A model generated the notes under the pieces. That model made no database searches and was not told the DNA's origin. It saw nothing but the letters and a program-made list of their open reading frames with translations. A program made the translations under genes and the position numbers. Shown here piece by piece: positions 41,549 through 53,844 of a stretch of 64,000 nt of DNA (positions are counted from its first letter, which is position 1; each line of letters starts with the position of its first letter). The stretch is from assembly GCA_963827655.1 (NCBI GenBank), contig CAWHCF010000049.1, positions 64,001 through 128,000 on the forward strand, read 5' to 3'. This DNA is from an uncultured Acidobacteriota bacterium. Its GTDB lineage: Bacteria > Acidobacteriota > UBA6911.

Positions 41549-42610
41549 TCAGTTCTTTGTTGCCGTGAGCTCCTGCAGCTTCTTCTTGTATTCCTCAACC
41601 TTATCTTTCTTGCCGGCTCTCCCGTAGACCTCCACGAGAAACCCGTAAGACTCCCGAAGCCCGTCGTTGTCGCCCGCTTTGCGATAAACTTGAACCGCCT
41701 GTTCGGCAAAAGTTGCCGCGCGGTTGAAGTCCATCGTGTATGCCGTATGGTCCGCCATCGCCATGAAACTCCGACCCTCATTGCGATGGTCTCCCAGGCC
41801 CTGGAACATTTTCTGAGCGTTGCTGAACAATTTGATCGGCTCCGGGCTGACGACGTTTATTGCGCTCAGGGCCCTCCCCTGCCAGAAGACGGCGCGCGCC
41901 TCGAGATTGGTCTGGGAGATGGCATGGCTTTGTTGGGCGGAGCGCCTGAACGCCTCGAGGGCGGGCTCGAACTTCTTCTGCTGGAACTGGGCCAGACCCA
42001 GATTGAAATTGTAGGAGCTGGCGCGCACATCATCCTTGAGGCTCTCCACCATCTCGCGCGCGGTCGTGAATTCTTTGACCGACTCTTCTCCCTTCCCGGT
42101 GGAAAGAAAAAGATAGCCCAGGTTGTTGTGGATGCCGGCTTCGAGAGACACATCTCCGGCTTGCTTGCTCAGGGCCAGGGCTTCTTGCAGAAGGGGCTCC
42201 GACTTGTCGAACTGTTTCTGATTGCTGAGCAGGATTGCCTGAAGTCTTAGCTGACGGCCTTTCAAGGCCTCCCTGGGAACCGGTTTCCGCTTTTCGACCC
42301 TGGTGTACTCGTTGAGGAACTTTTCAGCGACATCCAGTGTGGATCCTGCTTCTGCAGGCTCCAAATCTGTAATGTGCTGGTCCGCTTTCTCCAGGAGGCT
42401 CTTGAGCGTATCCGCAACACCCGTGGGAGACTTTCGAGCCAGGTTGACCGCTTGACGGATCTTCCCCTGTAGTGCCAGTTCTTGGGGCGACGATACCTTT
42501 AACACGGGCGCATTAGGATCGCGCGCCTTCGTTCCCGGCGCCTGTCCCCTCAGGAATGCAGCGGCGAGAAGTAAGGCGGCGGGCAGCGCGAGTCTCTTCA
42601 CCTTTGCCAT
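41549..42610 (-). CDS. Secreted TPR-repeat protein
   Basis: Signal peptide; TPR motifs (HNNLGYL, FNLGLA). Confidence 0.8.
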   Translation of the reverse strand: MAKVKRLALPAALLLAAAFLRGQAPGTKARDPNAPVLKVSSPQELALQGKIRQAVNLARKSPTGVADTLKSLLEKADQHITDLEPAEAGSTLDVAEKFLNEYTRVEKRKPVPREALKGRQLRLQAILLSNQKQFDKSEPLLQEALALSKQAGDVSLEAGIHNNLGYLFLSTGKGEESVKEFTTAREMVESLKDDVRASSYNFNLGLAQFQQKKFEPALEAFRRSAQQSHAISQTNLEARAVFWQGRALSAINVVSPEPIKLFSNAQKMFQGLGDHRNEGRSFMAMADHTAYTMDFNRAATFAEQAVQVYRKAGDNDGLRESYGFLVEVYGRAGKKDKVEEYKKKLQELTATKN

Positions 42611-42775
42611 TCTGATATCCCGGGAATTTTATCGACGATAAGCAACATCGAATCGAGGAGTATAGCAGTCGAAGGAAACAACCCCAAGCGGTTTGAACCC
42701 CGAGGTGGCGGGCGTCTTCGAACTGGCTGAAGGTTATTCTTGAGCTCTGACCACCAGGCCCGGAGCCGGAACCGC

Positions 42776-43246
42776 CTAACGTTTAAAGAGGATATTCAAA
42801 AAACTATTGCGAATGCCGTCGGCCCGCCCCAGCCAGGTTTCGATTTTTTCCTGCTCTTCCGGAGGAGCTTTGTGCTTGAGGTCCTGCAGATCCAAGAACG
42901 CCTTGCGCAGGTGGATTTCGAAACGGATGAGGGGTCTCGACATTTTCTTGCGGTTCACGTTCGCCTCAATGTCTTCCAGGGAGGCCGACAAGACCTTCAT
43001 CCAGGAATTGAGGTCCTCTTCAATAATCTCAAACTCTTGCTTCTGAACCGCGCTGCGCACGGACTTATGAAATCGCGCAGACGCAGTTTCATAAACCCGA
43101 ATCCTGCTGTCGACCTTTTCCTCTTTTTCTAACTTGCTTCGTTCGGTTGGCGTCAGTCCATCGGGGCCGGGCAACTGAACTGCTTGAATGTTCACGGGAC
43201 CCAGGAAGCGCCCCAGAATAACGAGGAAGAACACGAGCGAGTTCAT
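42776..43246 (-). CDS. Secreted all-helical hypothetical protein
   Basis: Signal-like N-terminus and amphipathic helices; upstream TTGCTT-N17-TAAGAT. Confidence 0.7.
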   Translation of the reverse strand: MNSLVFFLVILGRFLGPVNIQAVQLPGPDGLTPTERSKLEKEEKVDSRIRVYETASARFHKSVRSAVQKQEFEIIEEDLNSWMKVLSASLEDIEANVNRKKMSRPLIRFEIHLRKAFLDLQDLKHKAPPEEQEKIETWLGRADGIRNSFLNILFKR

Positions 43247-43324
43247 GACGAACTAATCTTAGGAAAAAGCCAATATCAAAGCAACTCTACAGGCCTGTTC
43301 ACCCTTTTCAATCACTCGATCCGC

Positions 43325-43472
43325 AGCAAGAAGTATGCCGAAACCCATCGGCCCCAGCCTGCCGGCCATTTCGTCTTTGAAACGCAATTGATATTGGTGG
43401 GTATCAACCTCCCAGGTTGAGCGGGCGAGTTCGGTCCGTTATCCGTACACTTGATGGACGAAAAACGGACAT
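43325..43472 (-). promoter_or_regulatory. Putative sigma54 promoter with tandem enhancer (site A)
   Basis: TCGGCATACTTCTTGCT (GG-N10-GC) at 43325-43341; tandem motif at 43434-43472. Confidence 0.6.
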
Positions 43473-43494
43473 CGGGAAAGATACCCCCTGGACT

Positions 43495-43842
43495 TCACGG
43501 CACTTGCGAGGGAGTGTCTTCTCCACGAACAAAGACTTCTGCGTCCTGCAGCGCCACCGCCCCTTCGTTCACCATCGAAAGAAGCTCAGGCAGCACGGCG
43601 CGGATTTTCTCCTCCGCATCGATGGCCATAATCATGATCGGCTTTTCGTCGGCCACGCCAAACAGGCCCCTGCGATGAATCCGCCCATGCGCGCCGTATC
43701 CCATGACTCCGCTCCAGACCGTGGCGCCGGCAACGTGATTCCGGTGAAGGAGGCGAACGATGGCCTCATACAGCGGTTGTCCTTCCCAAGTATCGGTGTC
43801 TTCGACGAAGACCAGGAGCGACTTGCACCTGGATCCGATCAT
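43495..43842 (-). CDS. DUF190 (PII-like) protein
   Basis: PLYEAIV..VAGATVWSGVMGYG motif. Confidence 0.88.
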   Translation of the reverse strand: MIGSRCKSLLVFVEDTDTWEGQPLYEAIVRLLHRNHVAGATVWSGVMGYGAHGRIHRRGLFGVADEKPIMIMAIDAEEKIRAVLPELLSMVNEGAVALQDAEVFVRGEDTPSQVP

Positions 43843-43939
43843 CGCGCTAACCTCCTTGCTGCCCTTCAACCTCCATCACGATGGTCCGTTTCATCGAGGG
43901 AAATCGACAGCAGCTCACTCGCCGGATGCGTACTGAATT

Positions 43940-46900
43940 TCAACGGACCTTGGTTTCGCGGCGCGCTGCGACATAGTACAAGCTGGGCAGAACTAACAGG
44001 GTCAGCAGCAGAGTGGATACCAACCCACCCACGATCACGGTTGCGAGAGGCCGTTGCACATCCGATCCGATGCCCGTGGCTGTAGCCGCTGGAATCATTC
44101 CCAACAATGCCACCAGGATCAGAAGGATTGCGGGTCGCACCTGCGACCTGGCCCCTTCGACGACCGCCTGTTCCAGCGACGACCCCAGTTCCACGCGCCG
44201 CCGGGTAATTTCTGAGATGTAAAGCAGTCCGCTCATGACGGCGACACCGAACAGGGTGACGAATCCGACGGCTGCAGAGACGCTAAAGTTAATGCCTCGC
44301 AAGTACAGCGCAATAATGCCTCCGACCAGCGAGAACGGGACATTGAGCAGAACCAGGCTGGCATCGCGCAAAGAGCCGAAGGCGGTGAAAAGAAGTCCGA
44401 AGATGATCGCAACCGTAATCGGAATGATCGCACTCAGCCGTTTGCGCGCTCGTTCCAGGTTTTCAAACTGTCCGCCCCACACCACTTGATAGCCCGCCGG
44501 CAAGGTTACTTCACTGGCGAACCTCGTCTGGGCTTCCTCGACAAAACCGGCTTGATCGCGACCACGAATGTTCGTTCGGACCGTCATCGACCGTTTGTTT
44601 TCTCGGCGCGCGATGATTGTCGCTCCATTTCGAACCTCTATCTCGGCGAGCTGAGAAAGAGGGATGCGACTCCCGCCGGCGGCAGGGACCAGGAGGTTGC
44701 CGATGGCAGGGGCGTCCGACCTCGCCTCAGGGATATACCGTGCCGTGATATCGAAGCGTCTCTCTCCTTCAAAAACCGTACCGATGGTCCGCCCGCCGAT
44801 CGCAAGCTCGATGATGTCTTCGATGTCGGTCATTTTGATTCCGTAACGCGCGGCTTCCTGCCGCTTGATGCGGATGCGAAGCTGTGGCTGGTCGGCCTCC
44901 TGTTCAATGGAAACGTCCGCGGCACCACGTATCTGCCGCACGATCTCGAGCGTCTGCGTCGCCAGCCGGCGCAGCTCGCTCAGGTCCTGGCCACTGATAA
45001 TCACGGCCAGATCGGCCGACGAACCGGTTGCGATCTCGGTGGAAGTATCAATGATAGGCTGCGTAAAGTTGAAGGTGCTGCCAGGAATTTCGGAGCGGAG
45101 CCTCCGCGCCAGTTCCTCCACTAAATCGGCCTTGCGCTTCCCCGGCGGCCAGGTATTGTACGGATGCATCTCGATCAGCAACTCGTTTCGATTCGGTCCG
45201 AAAGGGTCCGTTCCCGAATCGTTGCGCCCGGATTGGGACATGACCATTTTCACTTCCGAAGACTGCCTGATGATGGAGCGCATTGCCTCGGCGGTCTCGG
45301 CCGATTTCGCAAGCGATATGCCGGGCGCCAGGTTGGCGCGAATCCAAATCACGCCCTCGTCGAGCTGAGGCAGGAATTCCGTACCGACCAGCGATGCGAT
45401 CGAGAGGGCTCCCGCCACGATCGCGAGCCCTGCAAGCACAACGAACTTTGCCCGCGTGATGGTCCATCGAATCACCTCTTCATAACGTTTGAAGACCCAG
45501 GCTAGCAGAGGGTTTTCCCAGTGCTTTGCGCCGTGGCGGAACAAGTATGTGGCTACCGCGGGGATGAGCGTCAACGTCAACAGCATCGACCCGATTAACG
45601 CATAACAGACCGTGAACGCCATGGGGGTAAACAGCCGCCGCTCGACACGCTCAAGCGTGAAGAGTGGAATGTAAGCCGAGATGATGATCAGCAGCGAGAA
45701 AAAGATGGGCCGTTCGACTTCCAATGCGGCATCGCGAATAGTTTCGAATGGTCCTGCCGGCGAAGGATGGCTCTTCTCGCGCTCGGACAGCCTCCGGACA
45801 ATGTGCTCTACCATGACCAGCGTCCCGTCCACGATGATGCCGAAATCCAGAGCCCCGATGCTCAAAAGATTCGCCGGAATTCCCTGGAAGTACACACAGG
45901 TAAACGCGAACAGGAGCGAAAGCGGAATGGTCAGTGCGGTGAGCACCGCCGCCTTGGCGCTACCGAAGGCAAAAAACAGGAGCGTCACCACGATCACGAG
46001 CGCTTCGGTCAGAGTACGTCCCACGGTGTGGAGCGTGTTGTTCACCAGGTCCGTGCGGTCGTGAATTGCCACAATCTGCACGCCGCTGGGCAGCCGCGTC
46101 TGGTTGAGATCGGCGACGGCCTCTTTAATGCGCGAGAGTACCTGGCTCGGATTTTCCCACCGTCGCATCAGCACGATTCCCTCGGCCCCGCCCGAGGTCT
46201 CGTTGACCCCGAAAATACCGGTTTGAGGCGCAGCACCGATCGTCACGCGCCCGATATCGCGAATGAAAATTGGCACAATTCCGGAGGACTCCACTGGAAT
46301 GTTCCCCAGATCGTCGGCCGACTGGATCAGGCCCACACCGCGGACCACGAGCGCCTGCTGACGGTTGTCCAGCAGCGAGCCCCCCGCGTTGCGATTGTTG
46401 GCGTTCACCGCATCCGCGATTCGGGCAACTGAAAGCCTGTATTTTTCCAGTTTGTAGGGGTCGATCTCGATCTGATATTGCTTGACCAGCCCGCCAAAGG
46501 AAACGACGTCTGCAACTCCAGCCACCTGCAACAGCCGGGGCACCACCACCCAGTCCTGGATTTCCCTCAGCTCCATGGTATCGTAGCCTTGCCCTTCGAG
46601 CTTGTAGCGATAAAACTCGCTGATACCGCTCGAGAGCGGCCCGAGGGTTGGTGTCACACCTTCGGGAAGCTCGGCATCCCGAAGTCTTTCCAGGACCAAC
46701 TGCCGTGCGAAATAATCATCGGTTCCGTCGGCGAACGTCAGCTCCACCACCGCAAGCCCGAAGATGATGCGGGACCGGCGGGCGATGACGTTGGGCACAT
46801 TATTCAAGGCGCGCTCGATCGGAATCGCAACCTGTTGCTCGACTTCTTCGGCGGCATGGCCGGGGAAGAGCGTGATCACCACTACTCCAGTGTCGGAGAT

Positions 46901-47023
46901 GTCTGGATACGCCTCGATCTTCAAGTGGCGGAAGGACCAGATGCCCAGGAAGATCAAGGCTCCTGCCATCAAGAGTGTGATGAAACGCTGTCTTATCGCA
47001 AAGCGGAGAAGTCGCGCAATCAT
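43940..47023 (-). CDS. czcA: CusA/CzcA-family heavy-metal RND permease
   Basis: EAYPDI, GALDFGIIVDG, EFLPQLDEG and GSDVQRPLATV motifs. Confidence 0.92.
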   Translation of the reverse strand: MIARLLRFAIRQRFITLLMAGALIFLGIWSFRHLKIEAYPDISDTGVVVITLFPGHAAEEVEQQVAIPIERALNNVPNVIARRSRIIFGLAVVELTFADGTDDYFARQLVLERLRDAELPEGVTPTLGPLSSGISEFYRYKLEGQGYDTMELREIQDWVVVPRLLQVAGVADVVSFGGLVKQYQIEIDPYKLEKYRLSVARIADAVNANNRNAGGSLLDNRQQALVVRGVGLIQSADDLGNIPVESSGIVPIFIRDIGRVTIGAAPQTGIFGVNETSGGAEGIVLMRRWENPSQVLSRIKEAVADLNQTRLPSGVQIVAIHDRTDLVNNTLHTVGRTLTEALVIVVTLLFFAFGSAKAAVLTALTIPLSLLFAFTCVYFQGIPANLLSIGALDFGIIVDGTLVMVEHIVRRLSEREKSHPSPAGPFETIRDAALEVERPIFFSLLIIISAYIPLFTLERVERRLFTPMAFTVCYALIGSMLLTLTLIPAVATYLFRHGAKHWENPLLAWVFKRYEEVIRWTITRAKFVVLAGLAIVAGALSIASLVGTEFLPQLDEGVIWIRANLAPGISLAKSAETAEAMRSIIRQSSEVKMVMSQSGRNDSGTDPFGPNRNELLIEMHPYNTWPPGKRKADLVEELARRLRSEIPGSTFNFTQPIIDTSTEIATGSSADLAVIISGQDLSELRRLATQTLEIVRQIRGAADVSIEQEADQPQLRIRIKRQEAARYGIKMTDIEDIIELAIGGRTIGTVFEGERRFDITARYIPEARSDAPAIGNLLVPAAGGSRIPLSQLAEIEVRNGATIIARRENKRSMTVRTNIRGRDQAGFVEEAQTRFASEVTLPAGYQVVWGGQFENLERARKRLSAIIPITVAIIFGLLFTAFGSLRDASLVLLNVPFSLVGGIIALYLRGINFSVSAAVGFVTLFGVAVMSGLLYISEITRRRVELGSSLEQAVVEGARSQVRPAILLILVALLGMIPAATATGIGSDVQRPLATVIVGGLVSTLLLTLLVLPSLYYVAARRETKVR

Positions 47024-47073
47024 GAGCGTAGGGTTCTACTCAATGCGGCATTCCTGTCTGCGGCTGGCGGCGA

Positions 47074-48243
47074 TCAGAGCGCTGCCCCCTTGAGCAACAT
47101 GGCGCCGTCCACGACGACTCGGTCGCCCGGACTGATCCCGCTTGCAATACCGACGCGATCGGCTCCTTGCCAGCCAATCGTCACAGGCACTTCCTGGAAC
47201 TGCCCCCGCGCTCGTTCGACGTAGACCATGTTTCGACCTTCCTGCTGCAGCACGGCTGCCTTGGGCAGGATAGGAAGCTTACGAGTCCCTTGATCGAGGC
47301 GGATTTGGGCGAACATCTCGGGGCGGAACTGGCCTTCCGGATTGCTCAACTCGGCTCGCACCTTGATCGTCCGCGTCTGCGCGTCTACCACGTCGCTGAT
47401 GCGCTTGACGCGGCCGCGGAACGTCCGGCCCGGGAAGGCGGGCAGCGCGATCTCGACCGGCTCGCCCGAGCGGATCAGGCGGATCGCATTTTCCGGGATG
47501 TCGGCAGCGACCCAGACGGTGCTGAGATCGGCAACTGTCATCAGCGGAGCGCTGGCATCGTTTCGATACTCTCCAGGCGCGACGGCGATCTCCACCACCT
47601 TGCCGGGCAAGGGCGCGCGCACTACGATGTGCTGGTCCATGCTCCCGGGCTCCAGACCGAGAAGGCGTAGACGGCGTAGAGTCTCATCCCGGCTTGCGAG
47701 GCCCTGCTCCAGGCTCGCTTTGGCCTGGGCGACAACCGTTTCTGCAGCCAGGACCTCTTTCTGTGCAATGGCTCGATTCGCTAACAAGTCATTGGCACGC
47801 GCCAGGTCCGCCTCTGCCTTCGCCAGGGTCGCCCTGGCTTGCGCGATGTTGGCTTCTGACTGCCGAAGGCTGGAGGTTAGCGCCGAGAGTTCGGGGCTCT
47901 CGATCGTGAGGACCGGCTGTCTTTGACGCACTGCATCGCCCAGCCCTACCAACACCTCCCGAACCCTCCCGGTCGCCGGGAGGATGATGCGGGAGACCCG
48001 GTTGGGATTCATCTCAATCTTGCCCGGAGCGACCAGTTCGTCGACAGGCACTTCGGCGGCCTGCACCACGTCGACGCGAATGCGGGTTAGCTGCGGAGAA
48101 TCAGGGGGAAACTCGATGACGTTACCGGACCGGCGTGGCATCGCCGAAGCGCTGGCAGAGGTCTTCGACTCGGGTGCCGACTGCCAGCTACACCCCGTCA
48201 AACACAGAACCACAAGAAGTGCGATCGTAAGCGCCAGTCTCAT
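47074..48243 (-). CDS. czcB: CzcB-type membrane fusion protein (lipoprotein)
   Basis: Lipobox LTGC; VADLSTVWV, TRTIKVRA and RPEMF motifs. Confidence 0.9.
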   Translation of the reverse strand: MRLALTIALLVVLCLTGCSWQSAPESKTSASASAMPRRSGNVIEFPPDSPQLTRIRVDVVQAAEVPVDELVAPGKIEMNPNRVSRIILPATGRVREVLVGLGDAVRQRQPVLTIESPELSALTSSLRQSEANIAQARATLAKAEADLARANDLLANRAIAQKEVLAAETVVAQAKASLEQGLASRDETLRRLRLLGLEPGSMDQHIVVRAPLPGKVVEIAVAPGEYRNDASAPLMTVADLSTVWVAADIPENAIRLIRSGEPVEIALPAFPGRTFRGRVKRISDVVDAQTRTIKVRAELSNPEGQFRPEMFAQIRLDQGTRKLPILPKAAVLQQEGRNMVYVERARGQFQEVPVTIGWQGADRVGIASGISPGDRVVVDGAMLLKGAAL

Positions 48244-49547
48244 GGCCGCCTCTGATCGCTGACATTCACGCCGGTCGTCGAATCGATGTTGTAGAGACTC
48301 CGCGCAAACTCAGCCTGCGCTTCGTTGTGTGCCTGCACGGTCTCGTTGTAGGCTCGCTGTGCATCCAGTAATTCGAGAAAGGTCGCCTCTCCCCGCCGAT
48401 ACGCGTATTCCGTGACTTGGCGCACGTCCTTCGCTTTTGCGAGGAGGGATTCTTCGATGCGGCCGAGGCTCGTCCTCGCATTCTGGTACTTGAGATAGGC
48501 GATATCCACCTCGTTCTCGATCGTCGTTTCGAGGGCGCGGATCCTCGCTTCTACCTGCATCAGCTCTTGTCGGGCGCGGGCGATCTCGCCCTGGTTTTTG
48601 TTGTAGAGCGGCAACGGCATCGAGAAGGAGAAGCTCATCGCATTACCGGCATCCAGACCATTGACCCATTGGCGACTCGCAGCGGCTCCCACGGTGTAGT
48701 CGATCTTCCCTTGGGCCAGTTGAAGCCGCAACTCGGCCTGTGACCTGGCCGAGTCCCGCCGCTGAGCCGACAGGTCGGGCCGCTGCGCGAACGCCCGCTC
48801 GCGCAAGGCCTCCCGCAAGAGAGGCGTCTCGTCTCTTCGCATCTCCCCGATTGCGTCCACGAGCCGGTCGCCGCGCCGCCGCCCTACCAGCCCTTGCAGC
48901 CGAGCGCGTGCAGTCTGGAGCCGGAGTTCGGCTTGACGGACGGTATTCTCAAACTGCAGTTGAGCGACCTGCGAGCGAATCAATTCCACTTCCGCGACGT
49001 CGCCGCTCGTGAAGCGGCTGGTATTGACTCTCACGATCTCCTCAAAGGCTCCAAGGTTCTCCCGCGCAAGGGCCAGATCCGCCTTGGCCTGCAATACGTC
49101 GACGAAGGCACTTTGAACGTCAAGGATCAGCGTCCGGGTGGAATTGAGAAGCTGAAGCTGTGAGACGGCCTTGCTGTCCTCGGCAACTGCAATGCGCTCC
49201 TGGCGCTTTCCACCTCTTTCCAGAACGAAGTCAACGCGAGTTCCAAACTCACTAGGGCCGGCGGCGTTGGTGGCTGCGTTGAATCCTGTGCCGAGGATGT
49301 CGAGGTAGTTCCCCCAGAGGCTCAGAACCGGATTGGGCCGCAGTTTAGCGGTAACGATGCGCGCATCGGCTATCGGGAGGTTATACCGCTCGGCGATCAG
49401 GTCCAGATTCTTTTGGACCGCCTCGGCGACCGCCTGCTCGATTGTCAGGGCTTCAGACCCCTCTGTCTGGAGGGCTTGAGATTGTGCAAGGCCGAGCGCC
49501 ATCGAGAAGAACCAGATCAGCGCCGACAGCTCCGGGTGTTTGTTCAT
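48240..49547 (-). CDS. czcC: CzcC/TolC-type outer-membrane factor
   Basis: RPNP, RPDL, PLYNKNQGEI and YRRGEATFLELLDAQR motifs; start 49547 or 49562. Confidence 0.88.
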   Translation of the reverse strand: MNKHPELSALIWFFSMALGLAQSQALQTEGSEALTIEQAVAEAVQKNLDLIAERYNLPIADARIVTAKLRPNPVLSLWGNYLDILGTGFNAATNAAGPSEFGTRVDFVLERGGKRQERIAVAEDSKAVSQLQLLNSTRTLILDVQSAFVDVLQAKADLALARENLGAFEEIVRVNTSRFTSGDVAEVELIRSQVAQLQFENTVRQAELRLQTARARLQGLVGRRRGDRLVDAIGEMRRDETPLLREALRERAFAQRPDLSAQRRDSARSQAELRLQLAQGKIDYTVGAAASRQWVNGLDAGNAMSFSFSMPLPLYNKNQGEIARARQELMQVEARIRALETTIENEVDIAYLKYQNARTSLGRIEESLLAKAKDVRQVTEYAYRRGEATFLELLDAQRAYNETVQAHNEAQAEFARSLYNIDSTTGVNVSDQRRP

Positions 49548-49574
49548 TCTCAAGTGTTTCATGATCGGGCATCC

Positions 49575-49746
49575 AGCAAAAAGGGGGCCAAGCGGAAATT
49601 CACTCTGGATTAAGTCGAAGCCTCGTCGTCTGGCAAAAACCTGAGTCATTTTCGTACGCAGAACGCGCGGTTTTCGGACACTGGCCCACTTCTGATTGCC
49701 AGAGTTCGCTGAACCCGGAATTTGCCTCTCTGGAGAGCTGATTGCT
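49575..49746. promoter_or_regulatory. Bidirectional sigma54 cassette (site D)
   Basis: Minus strand TTGGCCCCCTTTTTGCT at 49575-49591; tandem motif at 49642-49681; plus strand CTGGAGAGCTGATTGCT at 49730-49746. Confidence 0.7.
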
Positions 49747-49833
49747 TTCCACTCATCGGGCAGTATCATCAGCCACAAAAGTGCAAATCCGACCGCACGA
49801 GCTTGCCCGTTCCCTGCTGCCTGAAGAAAGTCC

Positions 49834-51557
<1,724 letters not shown>

Positions 51558-51561
51558 CACT

Positions 51562-52845
51562 ATGACTACGGCAGTACGGAATGAAGGCAATGCGAGCCTC
51601 CTGTGTCTTGAGCACGTCGGTAAGACGTACGGTCACGGCCCGAATCCCTTCGTCGCCGTAGCCGACGTAAGCCTGACGGTTCGGGCCGGCGAGTTCGTTT
51701 GCCTGCTGGGACCCTCGGGCTGCGGGAAATCCACTCTCCTGAGGATGATTGCCGGACTGATTCCGTCGAGTACGGGAAGCGTGCTTTATGGCGGCACTCC
51801 GATCCGCGGCGTCAATCCCCATGCGGCAATCGTATTCCAGACGTTTGCTCTGTATCCCTGGCTGAGCGTGCTCGAGAACGTCGAGCTCGCGCTCAAGGCC
51901 CGCGGGGTCGGGCGCCAGCAGCGACGCCAGCGCGCACTTGAGTTGGTCGACATCGTCGGGCTGGACGGATTCGAATCGGCTTACCCGCGCGAGCTTTCCG
52001 GCGGGATGCGCCAGAAGGTCGGCTTCGCGCGGGCGATGGCGGTCGAGCCGGAGTTGCTCTGCCTGGACGAACCGTTCTCGGCCCTGGACGTGCTTGCGGC
52101 CGAGGCGCTGCGCGGTGAGCTGATGGAGCTCTGGCTTGCAAGATCGATCCCCACTCGTGCAATTCTCATGGTCACGCATAACATCGAGGAGGCAGTGTTG
52201 ATGGCGGACCGGATCGTCGTGATGGACAAGAACCCGGGTCGGGTTGTCGCGGAGCTGCCGGTCGACCTACGCCATCCGCGCGGCCGAAAGGACACGGCCT
52301 TCCAGGCAATCGTCGACAAAGTTTATGCATCCGTCACCGGGAAGATCGAGGTCAGGCCGCGCGCGGCGGCGCCGGGGAAGGTTTTGCTTCCGCGGGCTCG
52401 ACTGAACGCCCTTGCCGGCCTCCTGGAGAAAGTCGCGGCGGAAGGGGGACGCGTCGACCTGTTCCGTCTGAGCGCGGAGCTCGCGATGGATCTCGACGAC
52501 CTCCTTCCCGTAGTCGAGGCCGGAGAGATCCTTGGCTTCCTGCGGGTGCAGGAAGGCGATCTCCTCCTCGGCGAGCTCGGGCAGGGTTATGCGGAAGCGA
52601 GCATTCTCACCCGCAAGGAGCTTGTCGCCGGCCGCGTTCTGCGTCTGCCGCTCATCTCCTGGATTTTCGAGACCCTGCGCGAAGATGACAATCAGCGGGT
52701 CTCGAAGGACTACTTCCTGGACAGGCTCCGAGCAGACTTCGGCGACAAGGCCGAAGAGCAGCTTCAGATCGCGATCCAGTGGGGACGTCATGCGGAGCTG
52801 TTCGGCTTCGACGACGACACGGACGAGCTGTTCCTGGAAGGCTGA
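51562..52845 (+). CDS. NitT/TauT-type ABC ATPase with C-terminal AAA-associated domain
   Basis: GPSGCGKS, ELSGGMRQ and DEPFSALD motifs; C-terminal WGRHAELF. Confidence 0.92.
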   Translation: MTTAVRNEGNASLLCLEHVGKTYGHGPNPFVAVADVSLTVRAGEFVCLLGPSGCGKSTLLRMIAGLIPSSTGSVLYGGTPIRGVNPHAAIVFQTFALYPWLSVLENVELALKARGVGRQQRRQRALELVDIVGLDGFESAYPRELSGGMRQKVGFARAMAVEPELLCLDEPFSALDVLAAEALRGELMELWLARSIPTRAILMVTHNIEEAVLMADRIVVMDKNPGRVVAELPVDLRHPRGRKDTAFQAIVDKVYASVTGKIEVRPRAAAPGKVLLPRARLNALAGLLEKVAAEGGRVDLFRLSAELAMDLDDLLPVVEAGEILGFLRVQEGDLLLGELGQGYAEASILTRKELVAGRVLRLPLISWIFETLREDDNQRVSKDYFLDRLRADFGDKAEEQLQIAIQWGRHAELFGFDDDTDELFLEG

Positions 52846-53052
52846 GTCTCGCTGTCGCCGCCCCGTAAAACTGTAGGAATTGTGTGGGGCAAATGAACTC
52901 AAACAGTCGCCTTCGCAAACGTCTTCAGGTGGTGGTCTTGGAAGGCGTGATTACGGTCAGGGCGGTTCAGAGCGGAATTCAGGAGCAGGAGGCGGAGTCT
53001 CTAGAGAGGCCGCTCCATGTATTAGACCCGGCAGGGTGGGAGCGGGGTGGAA

Positions 53053-53149
53053 CCGTACGGAAAGCGCACGCTTGTGTACGGAATCGAAACGGCACGCAGG
53101 AGAATGCACGCAAAAAACCAGGGCTTCTCGAATCGGCAAAGCAATTGCA
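53053..53149 (+). promoter_or_regulatory. Putative sigma54 promoter with tandem enhancer (site B)
   Basis: CCGTACGGAAAGCGCACG-ctt-GTGTACGGAATCGAAAC, then TCGGCAAAGCAATTGCA. Confidence 0.6.
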
Positions 53150-53165
53150 TTCCCGCCCGACTGAA

Positions 53166-53336
53166 CTTAGGCCGAAATCGCGCGAGCGGAGGCATTATCC
53201 GGTCGTGATGACGTGTCGTATCGCGGGTTGCCGCGTCGGGACGAAGGGGCTAAGGTTCGTTCGGGACTTCGCCCCGAACGAAAGGCCCCTTCTGAACGAC
53301 AACATGTTGGTTTGAACGTTTCGCTAAGGCCTAAGA
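53166..53336. mobile_element. Possible MITE containing copy 2 of the 88-bp element
   Basis: CTTAGGCC...GGCCTAAG inverted ends; 53250-53336 matches 15630-15718. Confidence 0.55.
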
Positions 53337-53421
53337 AATGCCGGATCGCATGCAGAGACAGGCCTGTTTCCACGCGCTTGTCTCAGACTGGTATCGGGTG
53401 CTGCACCGGCTTAGAAAGCAT

Positions 53422-53844
53422 ATGAACAGGTTCGTTTGTTGCGTTTGCATCCTTGCGCCTCTACAAGGATTGAGTCCCGTTTCGGCTGCTGACGAGTCGA
53501 CGGATGCGGCAGCGCGCGCCGCTCAATCCTGGCTTGCGTTGGTGGATGCGGAAAAATATGTGGAAAGCTGGAATGAAGCCGCGCAGGTTCTCAAGAAGCA
53601 GGTAACAAGAGAAGAATGGGTAAAGAAATTGAATTCATTCAGATTGCCGCTGGGTAAAATGGCATCACGTACCCTGAAAAGCTCCGTTTCCTATATGAAA
53701 GTCGTGCCGGGGAACCCAGACGCCCAATATGTGATAATTCGGTACGATACGAAGTTTGAAGGCAATAAAGCTTCGGTTGAGACGGTCACTCCGACCAAAG
53801 AAAAAGATGGACAGTGGCGAATCTCTGGGTACTTCATCGAGTGA
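53422..53844 (+). CDS. DUF4019 periplasmic protein
   Basis: Signal peptide; WLALVD..Y..SW, RLPLG and ETVT..KEKDGQWRISGYFI motifs. Confidence 0.88.
   Translation: MNRFVCCVCILAPLQGLSPVSAADESTDAAARAAQSWLALVDAEKYVESWNEAAQVLKKQVTREEWVKKLNSFRLPLGKMASRTLKSSVSYMKVVPGNPDAQYVIIRYDTKFEGNKASVETVTPTKEKDGQWRISGYFIE

Noticed and set aside
52884-53425. ORFs of 70-143 aa between the ABC ATPase and DUF4019
   Set aside because: They overlap the enhancer, promoter and MITE-like DNA and show no protein-like features.
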